DNA of 64,000 nucleotides from Octopus sinensis (Eukaryota): positions 40,424,001-40,488,000 of the forward strand of contig NC_043001.1 of the NCBI RefSeq assembly GCF_006345805.1, given 5' to 3'. Positions 36,297 to 50,465 of the stretch are shown piece by piece. Under the pieces are notes generated by a model. The model was not told the origin of the DNA. It searched no databases and saw only the letters and a list, made by a program, of their open reading frames with translations. Made by a program: the position numbers and the translations under genes. The stretch's first letter is position 1. Every line of letters starts with the position of its first letter.

Positions 36297-39022
36297 TAGT
36301 TGGAGCTATTTCTAATAACGATTACAATCTAATTTCCAAAATTACAAATATCTTAAATAGCTACTAATACTGAGGTCGTAGCAGTCGGATATCAAAAGAA
36401 AATAATTGTTAGAAGATAAACATTGCAAATTTTATTTTATGAGAAAATAACCGTTAGAAGATAGATAGACAGACATTGCAGATTTTACATTACTGTATAA
36501 TAACAATAATCGAAAATTGATCTATCAACAGAAATTGAGATTGAATTTCCTAAGAAATTGTATTCCAAAATACATATATATATATATATATATGCTACGT
36601 TATTTTAAATCCAACCAAATTAAAAGAAAAAATTAAGGACGATATCTTGGAAACTTGAAATATTATAATAGTACATTATATTTGGCACTGTGCCAATACT
36701 ACCATTTGACAAAGTACAGCATTTATATATCGTTTGCAACAAAGAAACTATTTTTAAAAGTGCATTTCTGTAGACATCCACGTGTCTAGTACAATGAAGG
36801 AGGAAACTTGATTTGAATAGATTACAGGAATCGAAGATATCTTTAATATTGAATAAAGTTACTGGAGATAACTACAGACATGAATTCTAAGTAAAACAGT
36901 GAATAAACGTTATGCACTTCATATTCTGAATATCATAGACTGAGAGGAACGGGCGACTTAGTTGCAGTAATGGCGGAAAAGGGATGGACGAACGACAGTC
37001 GACCAAGATAGCACTGAAATTTATTTTTTAAGCAGTAAAAGGGAAAATAGATAAATATGTGTTGTTGGTCATGCAACGGAACATGACATGAAAAATAAAA
37101 ATTTATCTTTAACATGTGCCCATAAACTAATCGATCATGGATATACTATTAAGTAGTATTATCAAATTGGAATTCATATAAGTTTCAATTAGTGGACTGA
37201 GGTGAAAGCACTTTTCTTTTCCTGAAGTTAGAATTATAATATCGCCCCATGCTTTTGTATGTATGTATGTGTGTGGTTTTCTAACGAGATAGAGAGCAGG
37301 GAGTTCTCGATGTACTTTACAAATTTATAAATATAGATATTCATTATAGCTTATCTCCGTGAATGTTCAGTTTCTCTGCGAAATGTGTGTGTGTAAATAT
37401 ATATATATATAATATATATATATATATACATACATACATACACATACATATAATATGCAACAGAGTAAAAAGTATAATACAATCGATATAAAGTTAATGT
37501 GAGTAAAAGCAACGTTCGTATTGATTAACGAAAAGCTTTCACGACAAACTAGAGCTAAACAAACCATCAGCCATGACCCAGTTAGCAGCACTTCCTAAGT
37601 TACAAGTATTCTGTTAGATACTAAAATGCAACCAACAACGACACGTTCGTAACGAGCTTAAAATAACAATCTTAATAAGCATTAAAAATGCTGAGCTTGA
37701 GATGAAAACCCCCAAATGAAATTAATTACAAAATAAAATTATACTAGTTTTTCAGACCTCAAATTGCCTTTTAGATCAAAATTGTATTTTGTTAAACGTT
37801 ACTGTATTAAAATATAACTGAAAATATTTCGTAATTGTACTCGTTTGGCGAGTGACTTGATCTGACACAATGAGTAACGAAATAATTATTTTATGGAAGA
37901 GCCAGTCATTTTAACAAATTTAAGAACATAGAAACTTATTTCGAATATTTCTTAATAGCAAGGACCCAAAATTTCGCCGCACACTGGTGACCAAGTGGTC
38001 ACTGACCGAATGCTACTAGATACGTACAACACTAAGCCAGAAAATAAAGTACAGTTCACCTAAATGTCCAAGTTAATAAGTCAATCAAGAAACCGTAATT
38101 ACATATACAAGCTGGAGACATATGTCATATTAGGAAGTTCATAATCAACGAACGGAATCGCGTTTATTTTCTTATACAGATCTGAAAAATAATCTTAAGT
38201 TGATGTATAATAATTACTTACTTTAAAAGTTGCCATGCTTTATATATCCAACGATAGAGTTAAGGTATTCTTTAATTATCAAACAATAAATGTAAATTAA
38301 TCCATTATTAGATGAACGCAATTGACAAATGGGCGCGAATATATTCAATTTTAATGTGTGTCCGGACAAGGATATAAACAAAATTAGTCTTCCAATCGCA
38401 TTGAGAATTCACGCGTGCGCCCGAGTGTGACTCGATCGCTATAAAACAGTCGGGAAATTTTTCACATTGCTAACGTAATAAGTGTGTCAAATATATCTGT
38501 GATACCTGTGTGGATGTATACATGTGAACAAGTGGTTATCAATTCTGGATATATAAATATTCTACTTGCGACAGTACAAAATCGTAATATGCACAAAGCG
38601 AATGGTTACGACATAGAAAAATCACTTAAGCTGGAAATCGGAAAACAATGCCATAAATTTAATATGATATTGTTTCTGTGCACGTGTCCATATCTTCCAT
38701 CAAAATATATTTAATCAAGGACAAAACAGACTTGGAATAATAGAAACATATAAATTGAAATTTTTAAAATTCAATATTCGTTTATGATTATAATAAATAC
38801 ATAAATGAATTTTAAACCGGATTATTAACGTAAGAGAGCTCCACAAAGACTTGCATATATGTTAAAAATCTTCGTTATATTTTCATTCTTAAAATTTTTT
38901 TTTTTTTTTTAGTGATTGAAACCTGGTATCTCTTTCATACTAAATATAAGCGAAATATACATTTGAATATGGGGTGAGTGAAACACTCGATATAATATTT
39001 AAAAGATTAAAACAAAACTGAC

Positions 39023-39070
39023 GTTTTTCTTGAGTTTCTCTTTCGGATCATCACTAGATTTCGCAGTCAT
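39023..39070 (-). CDS. DDX21: DDX21/DDX50-like helicase, first coding exon, copy A (proximal)
   Basis: ATG at 39070. Reads MTAKSSDDPKEKLKKN|gtcagt, 48 nt, phase 0, compatible with the acceptor at 33442. A promoter cassette lies 150 nt upstream. Confidence 0.75.
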
Positions 39071-39204
39071 CCTTTTGATTTAACGATTTTCAATCTTCTC
39101 CCGCCTTTGAGAATTCGATTTTACAATATTCAGAAATAGCTGGTAATGCCGAGAATTTCAAATAAATAAACTCGACTAAACACGTCACTGAACTTGGTTC
39201 GCGT

Positions 39205-39270
39205 ACCCAATCAGATAAGCACGTGTGGGAAGCTGACGCCTCAGGAAATATGAAAACGTCACATCCGTTC
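39205..39270 (-). promoter_or_regulatory. Promoter cassette A (E-box, GGAAAT, CRE-half/ETS composite, CCAAT)
   Basis: CACGTG 39220-39225, GGAAAT 39244-39249, ACGTCA 39256-39261 followed by ATCCG, CCAAT 39207-39211. The cassette is conserved in copies B and C. Confidence 0.65.
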
Positions 39271-39919
39271 AACCTGCTTTCCTTCCATGTGACACGTTAG
39301 CTCTTATATAATTTTAACTACTAATTGAAATTAATTTCACCACGTTCCACTTTGTGGCTCGCATCTAATATAAACCATCGTTTCGGTAATCAATGAGCAA
39401 GTTATTTATTTCTTCTGTGGTCGCTAGACACAGCATCCAAATCTTCCTCAAGCCACACAAGTCTCATCACATAAAGGACACATCATATTGATATAGTAGT
39501 CCTAAACATACCAATAAAAAAGACGGGGTGGTCACGACTGTAATACCTTAAATCATCATGTCTGCTTAATGATGAGCTAAGCTATCCCTTCAAAGAAGAA
39601 CTGTTCGAAACGTCACCCCATTCTTACAGCCTGCTAGAAATACCAGCCAAATATCTTTTAAGTCGCATCTTACCGTCTGAAGAAGGATGGATGTATTGGA
39701 TAACACAGTTCTGAGGAAATACTACTTGGGGGAAAAAAGACGAACGGCTTCAGAGCCACTAGTCATAGAACCACTCAATCACGGTTGATTTTGGAATGGA
39801 CAACACACGAAACTATATTACTACCAAGTCGATATCGGCGTGGTTGCTTCACCGGGTTTAGAAATAGCAGCAAAATAGTTTTCGAATTATACGCGACAAG
39901 GTAAAAATAACAGGTGGAG

Positions 39920-40380
39920 TTCTGATCGAAGTACATCATAAATTTTTTTGAGGCTAATGCAGTTTCGCATCTCCTTGTAAAATGAATTTTTTTGAAAAAC
40001 TTTTTTTCGGATTCCTACGTTTTAGACATGCAAATCGAAATTAAATACAGACAAAAACATTAAAGGAAAAAGAATTTGCGTTTTACTTTTGTTTACCTTA
40101 ATTAACAGTAAGTAATATTTTAATGTAAATTAAATATACAACATGGAAAGACTTCTGCCCGTCCCAACTTTTCAAAAAAATGCATTTTTCAAGGAGAGGT
40201 GCGAAACTGCATTAGCCCCCATTTTTCTTTTTAAGAATTTTCAGAAAATCTTACGATTATGCAAGAACTCCACCTCAAAATACAAGCATCAATTCGATAT
40301 TGTAGCTTTTACAGACACTGAAATACTGAAAACAGGAGGGGCGGAGCGCATTTGCACAAGCATCTACTCTTAGATTCCTC
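39920..40380. mobile_element. Element with internal inverted arms (MITE-like)
   Basis: ggctaatgcagtttcgcatctccttg (about 39952-39977) is mirrored by caaggagaggtgcgaaactgcattagcc (about 40190-40217). Confidence 0.5.
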
Positions 40381-41483
40381 AACATTACTGGTATATATAT
40401 ATATCAATTTTAGATTCTATATTTATTAGGTTGATTATCCTTTTCCGAAAATGTATTTCGGAAGGCTAAGTCTAAGCTTGTATTATTGTAGAATATTTAT
40501 GTGGAGATGTAAACATGGCTGTGGTTAAAAAGTTCACTTCGCAAATACGCGATTCCGGGTTCGATTCCAACGATTACTACAGAAACTCTACGTACGTTTA
40601 GTTGTCGAATATGCACGTGAATATAGAAACTACACGCTACATTATTTTATACAAGTGACTACTAGGATTAAATGAACTTAGTTGTTATTTACAGTTTATG
40701 GTATATTCTACAGGGATAAACAAAACAGCACACTTTTAGATGTTTTGGAGAAAGTATCTACTTTTATATTTTTGTACAGTAGTTTCTATGTGATCCCTTC
40801 CATATCATAGCGGAGGTAGCTATATATATATATATATATATATACATACATACACACGTACTTCACACAACTATATTGGTTAAAACGACCGATTTTTGGT
40901 AAGCGTAGTAAATGCCAATATAGATCGTTAAAATAAAAATCTCCATTTTTCTAAAAGTTATGAGGAAACAAAGTTGGACGAGGTATGTCATAATTCTTGT
41001 GGTTTGACATCGATCGATCAATGACTAAAAAAGCTTCAAGTACAAATGATAAACCCCACTCAAAAAAATTTATGTTCTATTTCGTCGTTGTTGACAAATT
41101 ATCATAAATATAAATTACAAAATTTTACATGAGATTAAGTATAGAAGAAATTATCCTTTCAGATACTTCACGTGACTTTATTTCTTAAAAGTATACATTT
41201 AAAAATCCGATCAGAAGACAAAAGTAATATATATATATATATACATACAGATATATAGTGGACAATTTTTTTTTTAATAACAACTGAATTTACATTAACT
41301 CACTCACTCACTCTATTCAAAGAATTGATTGAAAATTCAACAGAAAATCCCATTTGCTTATTGTTTCAGTATATACAACTGAGAGCAGAGTAGATAAAGG
41401 TAAGTAAAGTTGTTTATACAAGTGAAAATCCTTCTACAACAAAATCAAAATACAACCTCTATGTGAATAAAAATAATACCAAC

Positions 41484-41531
41484 TTTTTTCTTCATCTTTT
41501 TTCTCGAATCTCCATTAATTTTCGTAGTCAT
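41484..41531 (-). CDS. DDX21: Paralogous first coding exon, copy B (putative alternative exon 1 of the helicase)
   Basis: ATG at 41531. Reads MTTKINGDSRKKMKKK|gttggt, 48 nt, phase 0. Identity by hand count is 34/48 nt to A and 38/48 to C. Confidence 0.6.
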
Positions 41532-41714
41532 TCCAGGTAACAACTTTTCGACAATCTTCAATTCTACTGTTTTCTTCTTTGAACTTATGTATATATATTT
41601 ACCCACAAGACAAACAAGTACGGCGAGGTTTACAAACAAAACACTCAGCTAACAAATATAAATTTGTTATAAGTAACAAATATAGTTTGGCAAGTTTTCT
41701 TGACCAAGGTTCGA

Positions 41715-41770
41715 GAGCACGTGTAAAATTCTAGCAAACCCGGAAATATGAAAACGTCATATCCGTTTAC
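41715..41770 (-). promoter_or_regulatory. Promoter cassette B
   Basis: CACGTG 41718-41723, CCGGAAAT 41740-41747, ACGTCA 41754-41759 followed by ATCCG. Confidence 0.6.
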
Positions 41771-42384
41771 CTCATTATCATTCCGTGAGACAATTGGAAA
41801 TTCTTTTCCATTTACTTTATCTTAGACTTATTTCTATCACTGAGGTGCGGCCATGCTAGGGTACCGCCTTGAAGATTTATTATAGTCGAAGGAAACGATT
41901 CTGGGGATTTTTTTTTTCCGGCCTGGTACTTGTAAAATTGTCTTTATTGTAACTGAGGGAAATAAACACATTAACGCGAACATAAACTACACACACATAC
42001 AATGGGCTTCTCAGTTTCTGTCTACCAAATCTATTCACAAGACTTTGATCGGTCCGTGGCTATAGTAGGAGACACTTGCCCAAGGTGCCACGTAGTGGGA
42101 CTGAACCTAGAACCGTGTGGTAAAGAAGCAAACTCCATACCATACAACCACACCTGCATTTTCTTACTATTGCTCAAAATTGGTCTGACTCAGACACAAA
42201 GGTCCCAGATCTTAAGAGAGGCGAATGGAGTGGATGTGTATGTGTGTGACAGACTGTATTTTCATTAATACACTTTCAGCATATGATAATTGAAATGGTT
42301 TCAATTGAAATTTAGCTTACTTTATGGGGGAAACATTGCAAAATATACCTCAAGTCAGCAATATATTAACACCCCTATTAACAC

Positions 42385-42895
42385 TTTTTTTTTTTACTCT
42401 TTTTACTTGTTTCAGTCATTTGACAGTGGCCATGCTGGAGCACCGCCTTTAGTCGAGCAAATTGACCCCAGGACTTATTCTTAGGAAAGCCTAGTACTTA
42501 TTCTATCGATCTCTTTTGCCGAACCGCTAAGTTACGAGGACGTAAACACACCAGCATCGGTTGTCAAGCGATGTTGGGAGGACAAACACAGACACACATA
42601 TATATTATATACATATATACGACGGGCTTCTTTCAGAACCGCTAAGTTACGAGGATGTAAACACACCAGCATCGGTTGTCAAGCGCTGTTGGGAGGACAA
42701 ACACAGACACACAAACAAACATATATATTATATACGACGGGCTTCTTTCAGTTTCCGTCTACCAAATCCCCTCACAAGGCTTTGGTCGGCCCGAGGCTAT
42801 AGTAGAAGACACTTGCCCAAGGTGCCACGCAGTGGGACTGAACCCAGGACCATGTCGGTAAACAAGCTACTTACCACACAGCCACTCCTACGTCT
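42385..42895 (-). mobile_element. Long SINE with an internal tandem duplication
   Basis: gaaccgctaagttacgagga...gacgggcttctttcag occurs twice (about 42520-42635 and 42636-42750). Confidence 0.8.
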
Positions 42896-44394
42896 ATTAT
42901 TCTATTATGGAATAGTGGATCCTCAAGCACTTTTTTCAACTCAATATTTGCATGCTGTTATTTATAGATTTGTGCTTCGAGATCCACTGTTCCGAAAAAG
43001 AAATATTTCACCTAGAAAGTTTATGATTCTCCATATAGTTACTTGTTCTATTTAAATCAGCCGTTCAGACAGCCCTCTGAGTGAAGGTGTTCCGCTGTGA
43101 CCACCTACTGTGTTTTTCTTTTCCTAAAACAGATTTGAAGGAGCTGTAACTTCTATATTCAACATATTGCGTAGAAGTTCCTCTCGTTAACTCTCAACTA
43201 CATTTTAAAATTCAAATCCCGTGAGGATTCATTCTTTCGAACAATCCGGCAGTTAGCGCAATATTTTTCCAATAAATATGTTCTATAAACTTGTTTCATA
43301 CATTGAGAATGTACGACTACAGAAAAGGGTGAGAGTATGAACGAAATTTTCACAGTAAAAATCCACTCCGGTTTTTTTTTTTTTTGCGGGGGGAGGGGGG
43401 TATTTATTTATAACCCTACATACAGTAATTGTGTAAGAAACATTTAAGTACAAGGTATAGGATTACAATAACATGGAAGAGGACAGTCTAGTAGTAAATT
43501 TCTTTCAATAACAAAACGCAGTCACAACACGCACTTAGGAAGTATTCAAAAGGAGACGATTAGAACCAGGATAGTCATGATCGAGCAAACTTCTAAACAG
43601 ACATTCCAGCCATGACCATCCCGTCTTTTTTTACATTTCTTAAATCTCTCTCTAGATATGTTAAGATAATTTCGAAGGAGAATTTTCCTTCTATTTCTCA
43701 CATCCATACGATTTTAGTTTCATTGCGATATAAGGCCGACAAGACATTTTATAAGGGTTTTGTAGCGAAGATCGAATTGACTCGTTTTGTGATCCGAAGC
43801 TACCAAAAGATCCCCTCTTTGGTTTAATTGCGCACTGAGAATACATACGGAAACAAATACATATACTTTATCCATAACCCTATAACTGTATATGTATTCA
43901 TAACCCACTTAAGTAATTACTGTCAGGCTGTCTACGTGCCAATTAATAGGACGTGGTCAGACTGCACTTAAGCATATGTTTAAAATGTCCTAAGTGGCCT
44001 TCAATTACTATCACTGTTTTGGGACAGCGAAATGAGCAAATCTTGAGTTGTCAAACAATGAAACCAATCCGCTCAACATTCAGCCCATGCAGCCAAAAAT
44101 GGGTTCGTGTGCTTCATTTCACAAGCAAGACTATATAGCTGATGTCCATACATCAGCTATAGACTTAATTGGGTAAGATCTGGGATCCAAAGAAACGGTC
44201 TGCGTCAACAAAAGTTAATCCATAAAGATCAGATATTGTTGTGAGGAGTGAAAATCCAACGTTTTAGATACTTGTCCTTCGGAATTTAAAATCCTTCTTA
44301 ATTTTATTAAAAGTAGTATTTTGTCTGCTTCTTTTTACTATATCTATAGCACCACTCCACACACACACACACCTATGACAAACATTGATTCAAG

Positions 44395-44760
44395 CCATAA
44401 GAGAGGAATTTAAAACTGGCTGGCTGTGAGAATTTCGGTATGCTGATGACCTTGCTGAATCTGAAGATTTTAAAAAAATTCCAGATATGGAAGTAAAATC
44501 AAGACTCAAGTGATCTCAAAGTAAACTTAGCAAAGACTGAAATTTTACTCTATACAAAAGAAGAAAGGACCTTGCTACTATCAGGGAAATTGTCATGCTC
44601 AATATGTAGAAAAGAGGTACATGGAACTCCATATGGTGTACTCTATAAATGAAGAGGCATAGTCTGGCCGAGAAGGCACAGGCTGGCAGAGAAGGCACAT
44701 TGTAAGCAATAAGAGAAGATTAGAACAAATTTCTTGAAATACTTAAAAGGCTCCTTAACA
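44395..44760 (+). mobile_element. RTE-type LINE reverse transcriptase fragment
   Basis: Reads YADDLA...KF.IWK...LKVNLAKTE...SGK..CSICRK: the RT catalytic motif plus the Cys-rich insert of this RTE family. Frameshifted. Confidence 0.7.
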
Positions 44761-45107
44761 CTTTCGGCTCGGCTGGTACATATTAGTACCAGTCAAAAAT
44801 TTTACAACTTAAATCTTTAAAATTCCCACTCTATGTAAATCAGTATAGTACCACTCCAGGCATATGATTGGAGTGTATATGACAGCTCAAAAGGCTCGCA
44901 TGCATACAAACCCCTCGCCATTACAGACAGCTCTTAAGTGTTTATTATTGGTTCTCATGCTTTAGTAAGCTATTAATAACATTTTCTTCACTGTAAACTT
45001 ATCATAAACACATTATGCATAGTTTACAAACATTGGATAGTAATATTCTTGCAACACTGTTGCAATACATATTTCTAAGAGTAAATAATTTTGAGTAGTA
45101 CACACTC

Positions 45108-45358
45108 AAGCCGGTGGCACGTAAAATGCACCAATCCGACTGTGGCCGTTGCCAGCCTCGCCTGGCACCTGTGCAGGTGGCACGTAAAAAGCACCCATTA
45201 CACTCACGGAGTGGTTGGCATTAGGAAGGGCATCCAGCTGTAGAAACATTGCCAGATAAGACTGGAGCCTGGTGCAGCCTTCTGGCTTCCCAGATCCCCG
45301 GTCGAACCGTCCAACCCATGCTAGCATGGAGAACGGACGTTAAACGATGATGATGATG
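45108..45358 (+). mobile_element. RTE-LINE 3' tail copy
   Basis: Two ggtggcacgtaaaa modules, then ...ccatgctagcatggagaacggacgttaaac(gat)n. Confidence 0.8.
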
Positions 45359-46989
45359 ACACTTGTACTATTGTGGTTTTGTATAGGTAACCACTTGTAC
45401 CATTGTAGTTTGTTGTATAGCTAAGATTGTACCAGTTGTGTTATAAAACTGTTAGAGAAACTTTTTTTGTTGGGAATCAAACATACACAGTTTTTCAATC
45501 AACCTTCATCTTACTCCCTAATATTTGAAATATTTTTTTTTTTGCAAGATTCACTGCGATATTTTGATATAACTGGTACATACATGGTACTTCATCTAAA
45601 TACAATGTTACATGCCTGGTAGATTAGAAAACCCAAATGGTACAAATATGTGCCAGGCTAAAAATAGTGTCTACCTAATTGGCACTGTTATAAACCATCT
45701 AAGAAGAATCTACCCAAATTTTAGAGAAAAAATTCTGGGTTAAAAGTAATTGAGTTCAGAGTTATTCTGATAAAAAAATTGTTTTAGGGTAATTGGCAGA
45801 TTGTATTATGTTTGTGTATGAAGTGCAATGCTGCATGGTAGTGCGGCGAGGACTTTGAATGCAGAAAGAAAGAAATAAGCTCTACTCAATTTGTAATTGT
45901 AGCGTGCTTAAGCACAAATGAATTTAGAGAAAAGCTGGATATAAGAGAAATCAGATGTACTGTGCAAGACAGACTGCATCGATATGAGTATGACACATAT
46001 GGAGGATGTCAGTTTTATCAAGTAGTAGTTGTTCTAAGTGAAAAAGACTTAAAACGACATGAAATTTTGAAGACTGATCTCAAAAAGCTGAACTTTGCAA
46101 AGAAAGTGGATGATTATAACTGTCAATACAACAGTACTTGAGAAAACCTATGCAAGTTTTGCAAATAGATGTTAAAATTGGTAAATATAAGTTGAGATGA
46201 TTATTTACATCTGTTAAGACACCAACCACTGTAGCACACTACATAATGAAGGATGGTATCGTATGTCTTTATTCACCCCCACAACATTGCCTTTTACATT
46301 ACCTCCTTTCCATCCTGATGTAATGAGGGATGGTTTCAATTTATCCATATTCATTATCCGCTATCATCAACTTTCTCTATGACTAGCTACCTCATTCTTC
46401 TCCATGTCACTCTTTAATAACCATCACCTATCTCTATTGCAATTACTCTTTCATCATGGCTTTTTGCTACGATTCTCACTCAAATACACGCTCGCTCTCT
46501 CTTCTGTTGCTATGTTGACATAAATCGCTCTTTCTCACTTTCATCACACATTACTCAGTCTGCTTTCCAACATGTGACATATAGCAATCACTATGTTTCA
46601 TTACTCACTTGACTAACACTTTCTTGCTCCCATTACTATGTTCCATCCATCATATCTTAGTCTCTTTGTTTCACTCTCGCACTCAAATTTGCCCCCTTAG
46701 TTATACAGGACAACGCAATCTTTCTAACACTTGTCCCGTTACAATAAAACTCTGAGTACACTGTAAAGTGGTTGGCATTAGGAAGGGCATCCAGCCATAT
46801 GTAGTAATTCTAAATTTATAAATACTGAAGTAGTAGCAAAAGTACAGCTCAAAATTAGGTCTATAGTTTATCATGTATGAGGGAAAAGTTCAATTTCTCC
46901 AATATAAGATTTTTATCCTTATTTTTCTATGGTTTTTATTAAGTTGTTTCATAAAGAAATGATTTTATAACTACATAAGCTTTTTTATT

Positions 46990-47985
46990 TCAGCAATGTG
47001 GTAGGGGATGAAAACACCACACAGCTATCACCTGGTGGTAATGTATGTTTCAATAGTGAAAGGCAAACAGTTACCAAAAGCAATAACAGCTGCCATTTTA
47101 TATGATCTTTACTAGAACTAATACATTTTTACATCATCCTCAGACTGGATGAAATTTACATCACTGGCCCAATTTTCAAAACCAGAAAAGGATCTATTTG
47201 GGGTTGTGTATGTAACACATGAAGAACCCAAGCAACCATTGTAATTCAATATTCTGAGGTATAGATAGCTTTTCAAAAGCCTGAGAGTTGAATATTCTGG
47301 AACGATGATAATGATAACTTGATTCTCCATATGAAATCAGATACCTTAAAAAGTTAATAGAGGTTAGATCATATCTACATTTTTTATGTTTACAGTCAGA
47401 TTACCATGATCGTTAGCTTTTAAGAAATAGGAAATGCATCATGCTTTTTTACACCACAAGCTAAACATGACTAGATACTTCTAAGAAAATTTTTGTTCAT
47501 AAATTTATTAATGACTCACCAAAAACACAGATACACCATTTGTGATATAGGAAATCAAGTAAAAAGGTAAAGAACCCAACTGTTTGGAAAGAGCATATTG
47601 TCTTTTGTCAGGTAGTATACCAACTTGATAATAGGGGCCACAAAGATCATTAGTATTTAAGTTTGGATACACCACTGACCAAATCATCTACACAAGGAAC
47701 TTGATAAGCATCAAACTCTGTAAAACAGTTGAAAGGTTGACAGATTTATTACAAGCCTTTTCCAACTGGATTTGCTAAGATTGAGATTAAACTTATTATA
47801 AGCCTTTTCCTACTTGATAATTGGATATTCTACAACAGAAATTGCATTCACCCTGGGTATTATTTGGCTCCAAGATACCTTCTCTACAGCTTTGAAATAT
47901 TTTTATCTAAAATTCTCAACAAAAGGGTTGCAGTTTGGAGTGAGATTTTTTAAAAATTAGCTGGTTCCTTTGCCACTTAAAGTCG
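46990..47985 (-). mobile_element. Decayed Ty3/Gypsy pol fragment (RT to RNase H start)
   Basis: Frameshifted remnants GILEPNN (GIIEPS), KRLVI, NCFTEFDAYQVPCVDDLV (NRFTELDAYPLPRIDDL), DLCGPYYQV, ITNGVSVF, LQWLLGFF and PFTIET. Confidence 0.72.
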
Positions 47986-48042
47986 AGTAAGACCACAACC
48001 ATCATCAATGTCACTTAAACCATTTAACATTCAGATTTCTCT

Positions 48043-48420
48043 CTTTACTCTTTAACTTGTTTCAGTCATTTGACTGCGGCCATGCTGGAGCACCACCTTT
48101 AATCGAGCAACTCGACCCCAGGACTTATTCTTTGTAAGCCCAGTACTTATTCTATCGGTCTCTTTTGCCGAACCGCTAAGTGACGGGGACATAAACACAC
48201 CAGCATCAGTTGTCAAGCAATGCTAGGGGGACAAACACACACATATATATATGTTCATATACATGAAGGGCTTCTTTCAGTTTCCGTCTACCAAAGCCTT
48301 GTGAGTCAGCCCGAGGCTATAGTAGAAGACACTTGCCCAAGGTGCCACGCAGTGGGTCTGAACCCGGAACCATGTGGTTGGTAAGCAAGCAACTTACCAC
48401 ACAGCCACTCCTGCGCCTAT
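48043..48420 (-). mobile_element. Long SINE, near full length
   Basis: ctctttactcttt..cttgtttcagtcatttgactgcggccatgctggagcacc...ccaaggtgccacgcagtggg...accacacagccactcctgcgcc. Confidence 0.85.
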
Positions 48421-49041
48421 TAGTCTATCAAGTATAATGCTTCTTTATTCACATTGTTTTGAATTAATCATAAATTATCTTGTACCTTCAGAATTTTAAA
48501 GATGTGTTTGAATATTTTTAGAATGACATTGTAGGATAGGTGTGAGAGGTTGGATGTGGTCAGTTTAGCATAAAACAGGTAGAATATTTGGGCAAGATAT
48601 GGCCTGATTAAATGCTTACATGGACCAGACAAAACCCAAGGTTTGTTTTCAATGGCTGGCTGCCCTTCTTGTTGCCAACTCTCAAGAAAGACTATAAATG
48701 AACAACTTCACTTGTATGACAAGAGTACACACACACACACACACACACACACGTGTGTGTATGTAGCTTGTCTGAAGTGGAGTACAGAGTTTATATACTA
48801 AGAAAACGAAAGTAGTCAGGATTTGGATAACTTTATTTAACGCTTACCATATGTAGGTTATTATTTTTAGAAAATCCATACCTTTTATATATATAAGTTA
48901 GTTAAAAAAAATCTGGAGTTGAATTTGTTTGCTTAGGTTTTGGAAGTGGTTACTCGAGATATGTATTTGTGGGCAAGCATGTGTGAGTGATGAATTTTTA
49001 AATAAAGTATGAGAACATGTGTATGTGTGTGTATGTATATG

Positions 49042-49085
<44 letters not shown>

Positions 49086-49499
49086 CAGATAGAGAAATGG
49101 AGAGCACAGCAATAATAAGAATGAACATGGGCACTGACTGGGTACTTGTTTTTCCAGCTGTTACTTATGTTTCAGTATTCAGCAATGTGACTTCATGTTA
49201 TAGATGCAACTAGTAAATGCACCCTATAGAGGCCAAATAGTGAGTAGAGACACATCACCAGACAGCTAAAGAAGATTAATACTAGAGCCAAAACCTGATT
49301 GGTTTAATTTTTGCATGTTGAGCACATCCAATCATACACACACGCACAGTGAGTTTCTCAGTTTCTACCTACCAAACACATTAGCAAGGATTTCCTTAAC
49401 CTGAGGCTGTAGACGACATTGGCCCAAGGTACCATACAATAGGACTGAACCCAATACCACATAGTTGGGGAGCAAATATCTTAACCACACATCCATGCT

Positions 49500-49907
49500 T
49501 GTGACTCAAAGGCCAAGAATGACTGTGGTTGCTTCCCAACCACATGGTTCCAGGTTCAGTCCCACTGTGTGGCACCTTGAGCAAGTGTCTTGTACTATAG
49601 CCTCGAACTAACCAAGACCTTGTGAGTGGATTTGGTAGATGGAAACTGAAAGAAGCCGTCGTGTAACAGGGTTTTGATTGTCCCAAGGCTATAAGTAGAA
49701 GACATTTGGGTCAATATAAAAACCTTCATCCGGGAACAATTGAAAAATTGTGTGTATATTGTGTGGTAAGTAGCTTGTTTACCAACCACATGGTTCCGGG
49801 TTCAGTCCCACTGCGTGGCACCTTGGGCAAGTGTCTTCTACTATAGCCTCGGGCCGACCAAAGCCTTGTGAGTGGATTTGGTAGACAGAAACTGAAAGAA
49901 GCCCGTC

Positions 49908-49960
<53 letters not shown>

Positions 49961-50260
49961 TGTGTGTTTGTCCCTCTAGCATTGACAACCGATGCTGGGG
50001 TGTCTATGTCCCCGTTACTTAGCGGATCGGCAAAAGAAACCGATAGGATAAGTACTGGGCTTACAAAAGAATAAGTCCTAGGGTCGAGTTGCTCGATTAA
50101 AAAGCGGTGCTCCAGCATGGCCAGTCAAATGACTGAAACAAGTAAAAGAGAAAGAAAGTGTCTGTGTTTGTCCCCCCCCCCTCAACATCGCTTCACAACC
50201 GATGGTGGTGTGTTTACGTCCCCGTAACTTAGCAGTTCGGCAAAAGATACCGATAGAATT
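49500..50260 (+). mobile_element. Cluster of long-SINE copies (partial head, full copy with (TA)n, partial middle)
   Basis: Heads at about 49525 and 49760, tail to about 50155, and a further fragment at 50157-50260. Confidence 0.8.
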
Positions 50261-50262
50261 AG

Positions 50263-50465
50263 GGTACTATTTAAGGTACTCGTGCATCTGCGCTCGCTAG
50301 TCATGACTAGTCGATCCTCACTGTGTTTTTATTTTATTTACTTTGTGTAAAAAAATTATTTATTTTGTGTTTTATTTACTTTGCTATGTAGTCGTTGTAA
50401 GATCGACTAGTCACGACTAGTTAGCGCGGATGCGCGCACCGGGACCACTTTTCTTAAATAGTACC
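50263..50465. mobile_element. MITE with GGTACTATTTAAG termini
   Basis: ggtactatttaag...ctagtcatgactagtcgatc is mirrored by gatcgactagtcacgactag...cttaaatagtacc. It truncates a SINE fragment. Confidence 0.7.

Noticed and set aside
17811-39022. Intronic box C/D snoRNAs in the helicase, expected for ribosome-biogenesis host genes
   Set aside because: I found no convincing sense-strand RTGATGA...CTGA pair with terminal stem by eye. H/ACA RNAs cannot be excluded without a search.
39570-39620. TGATGAG...GAACTGTTC-GAAACGTC hammerhead-like string
   Set aside because: It lacks the CUGA core next to a foldable stem II, and lies in a SINE-like repeat. Likely chance.
40515-40580. tRNA-like sequence with GGTTCGATTCC
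   Set aside because: It is a degenerate SINE head with no complete cloverleaf, so no true tRNA gene was called in the window.
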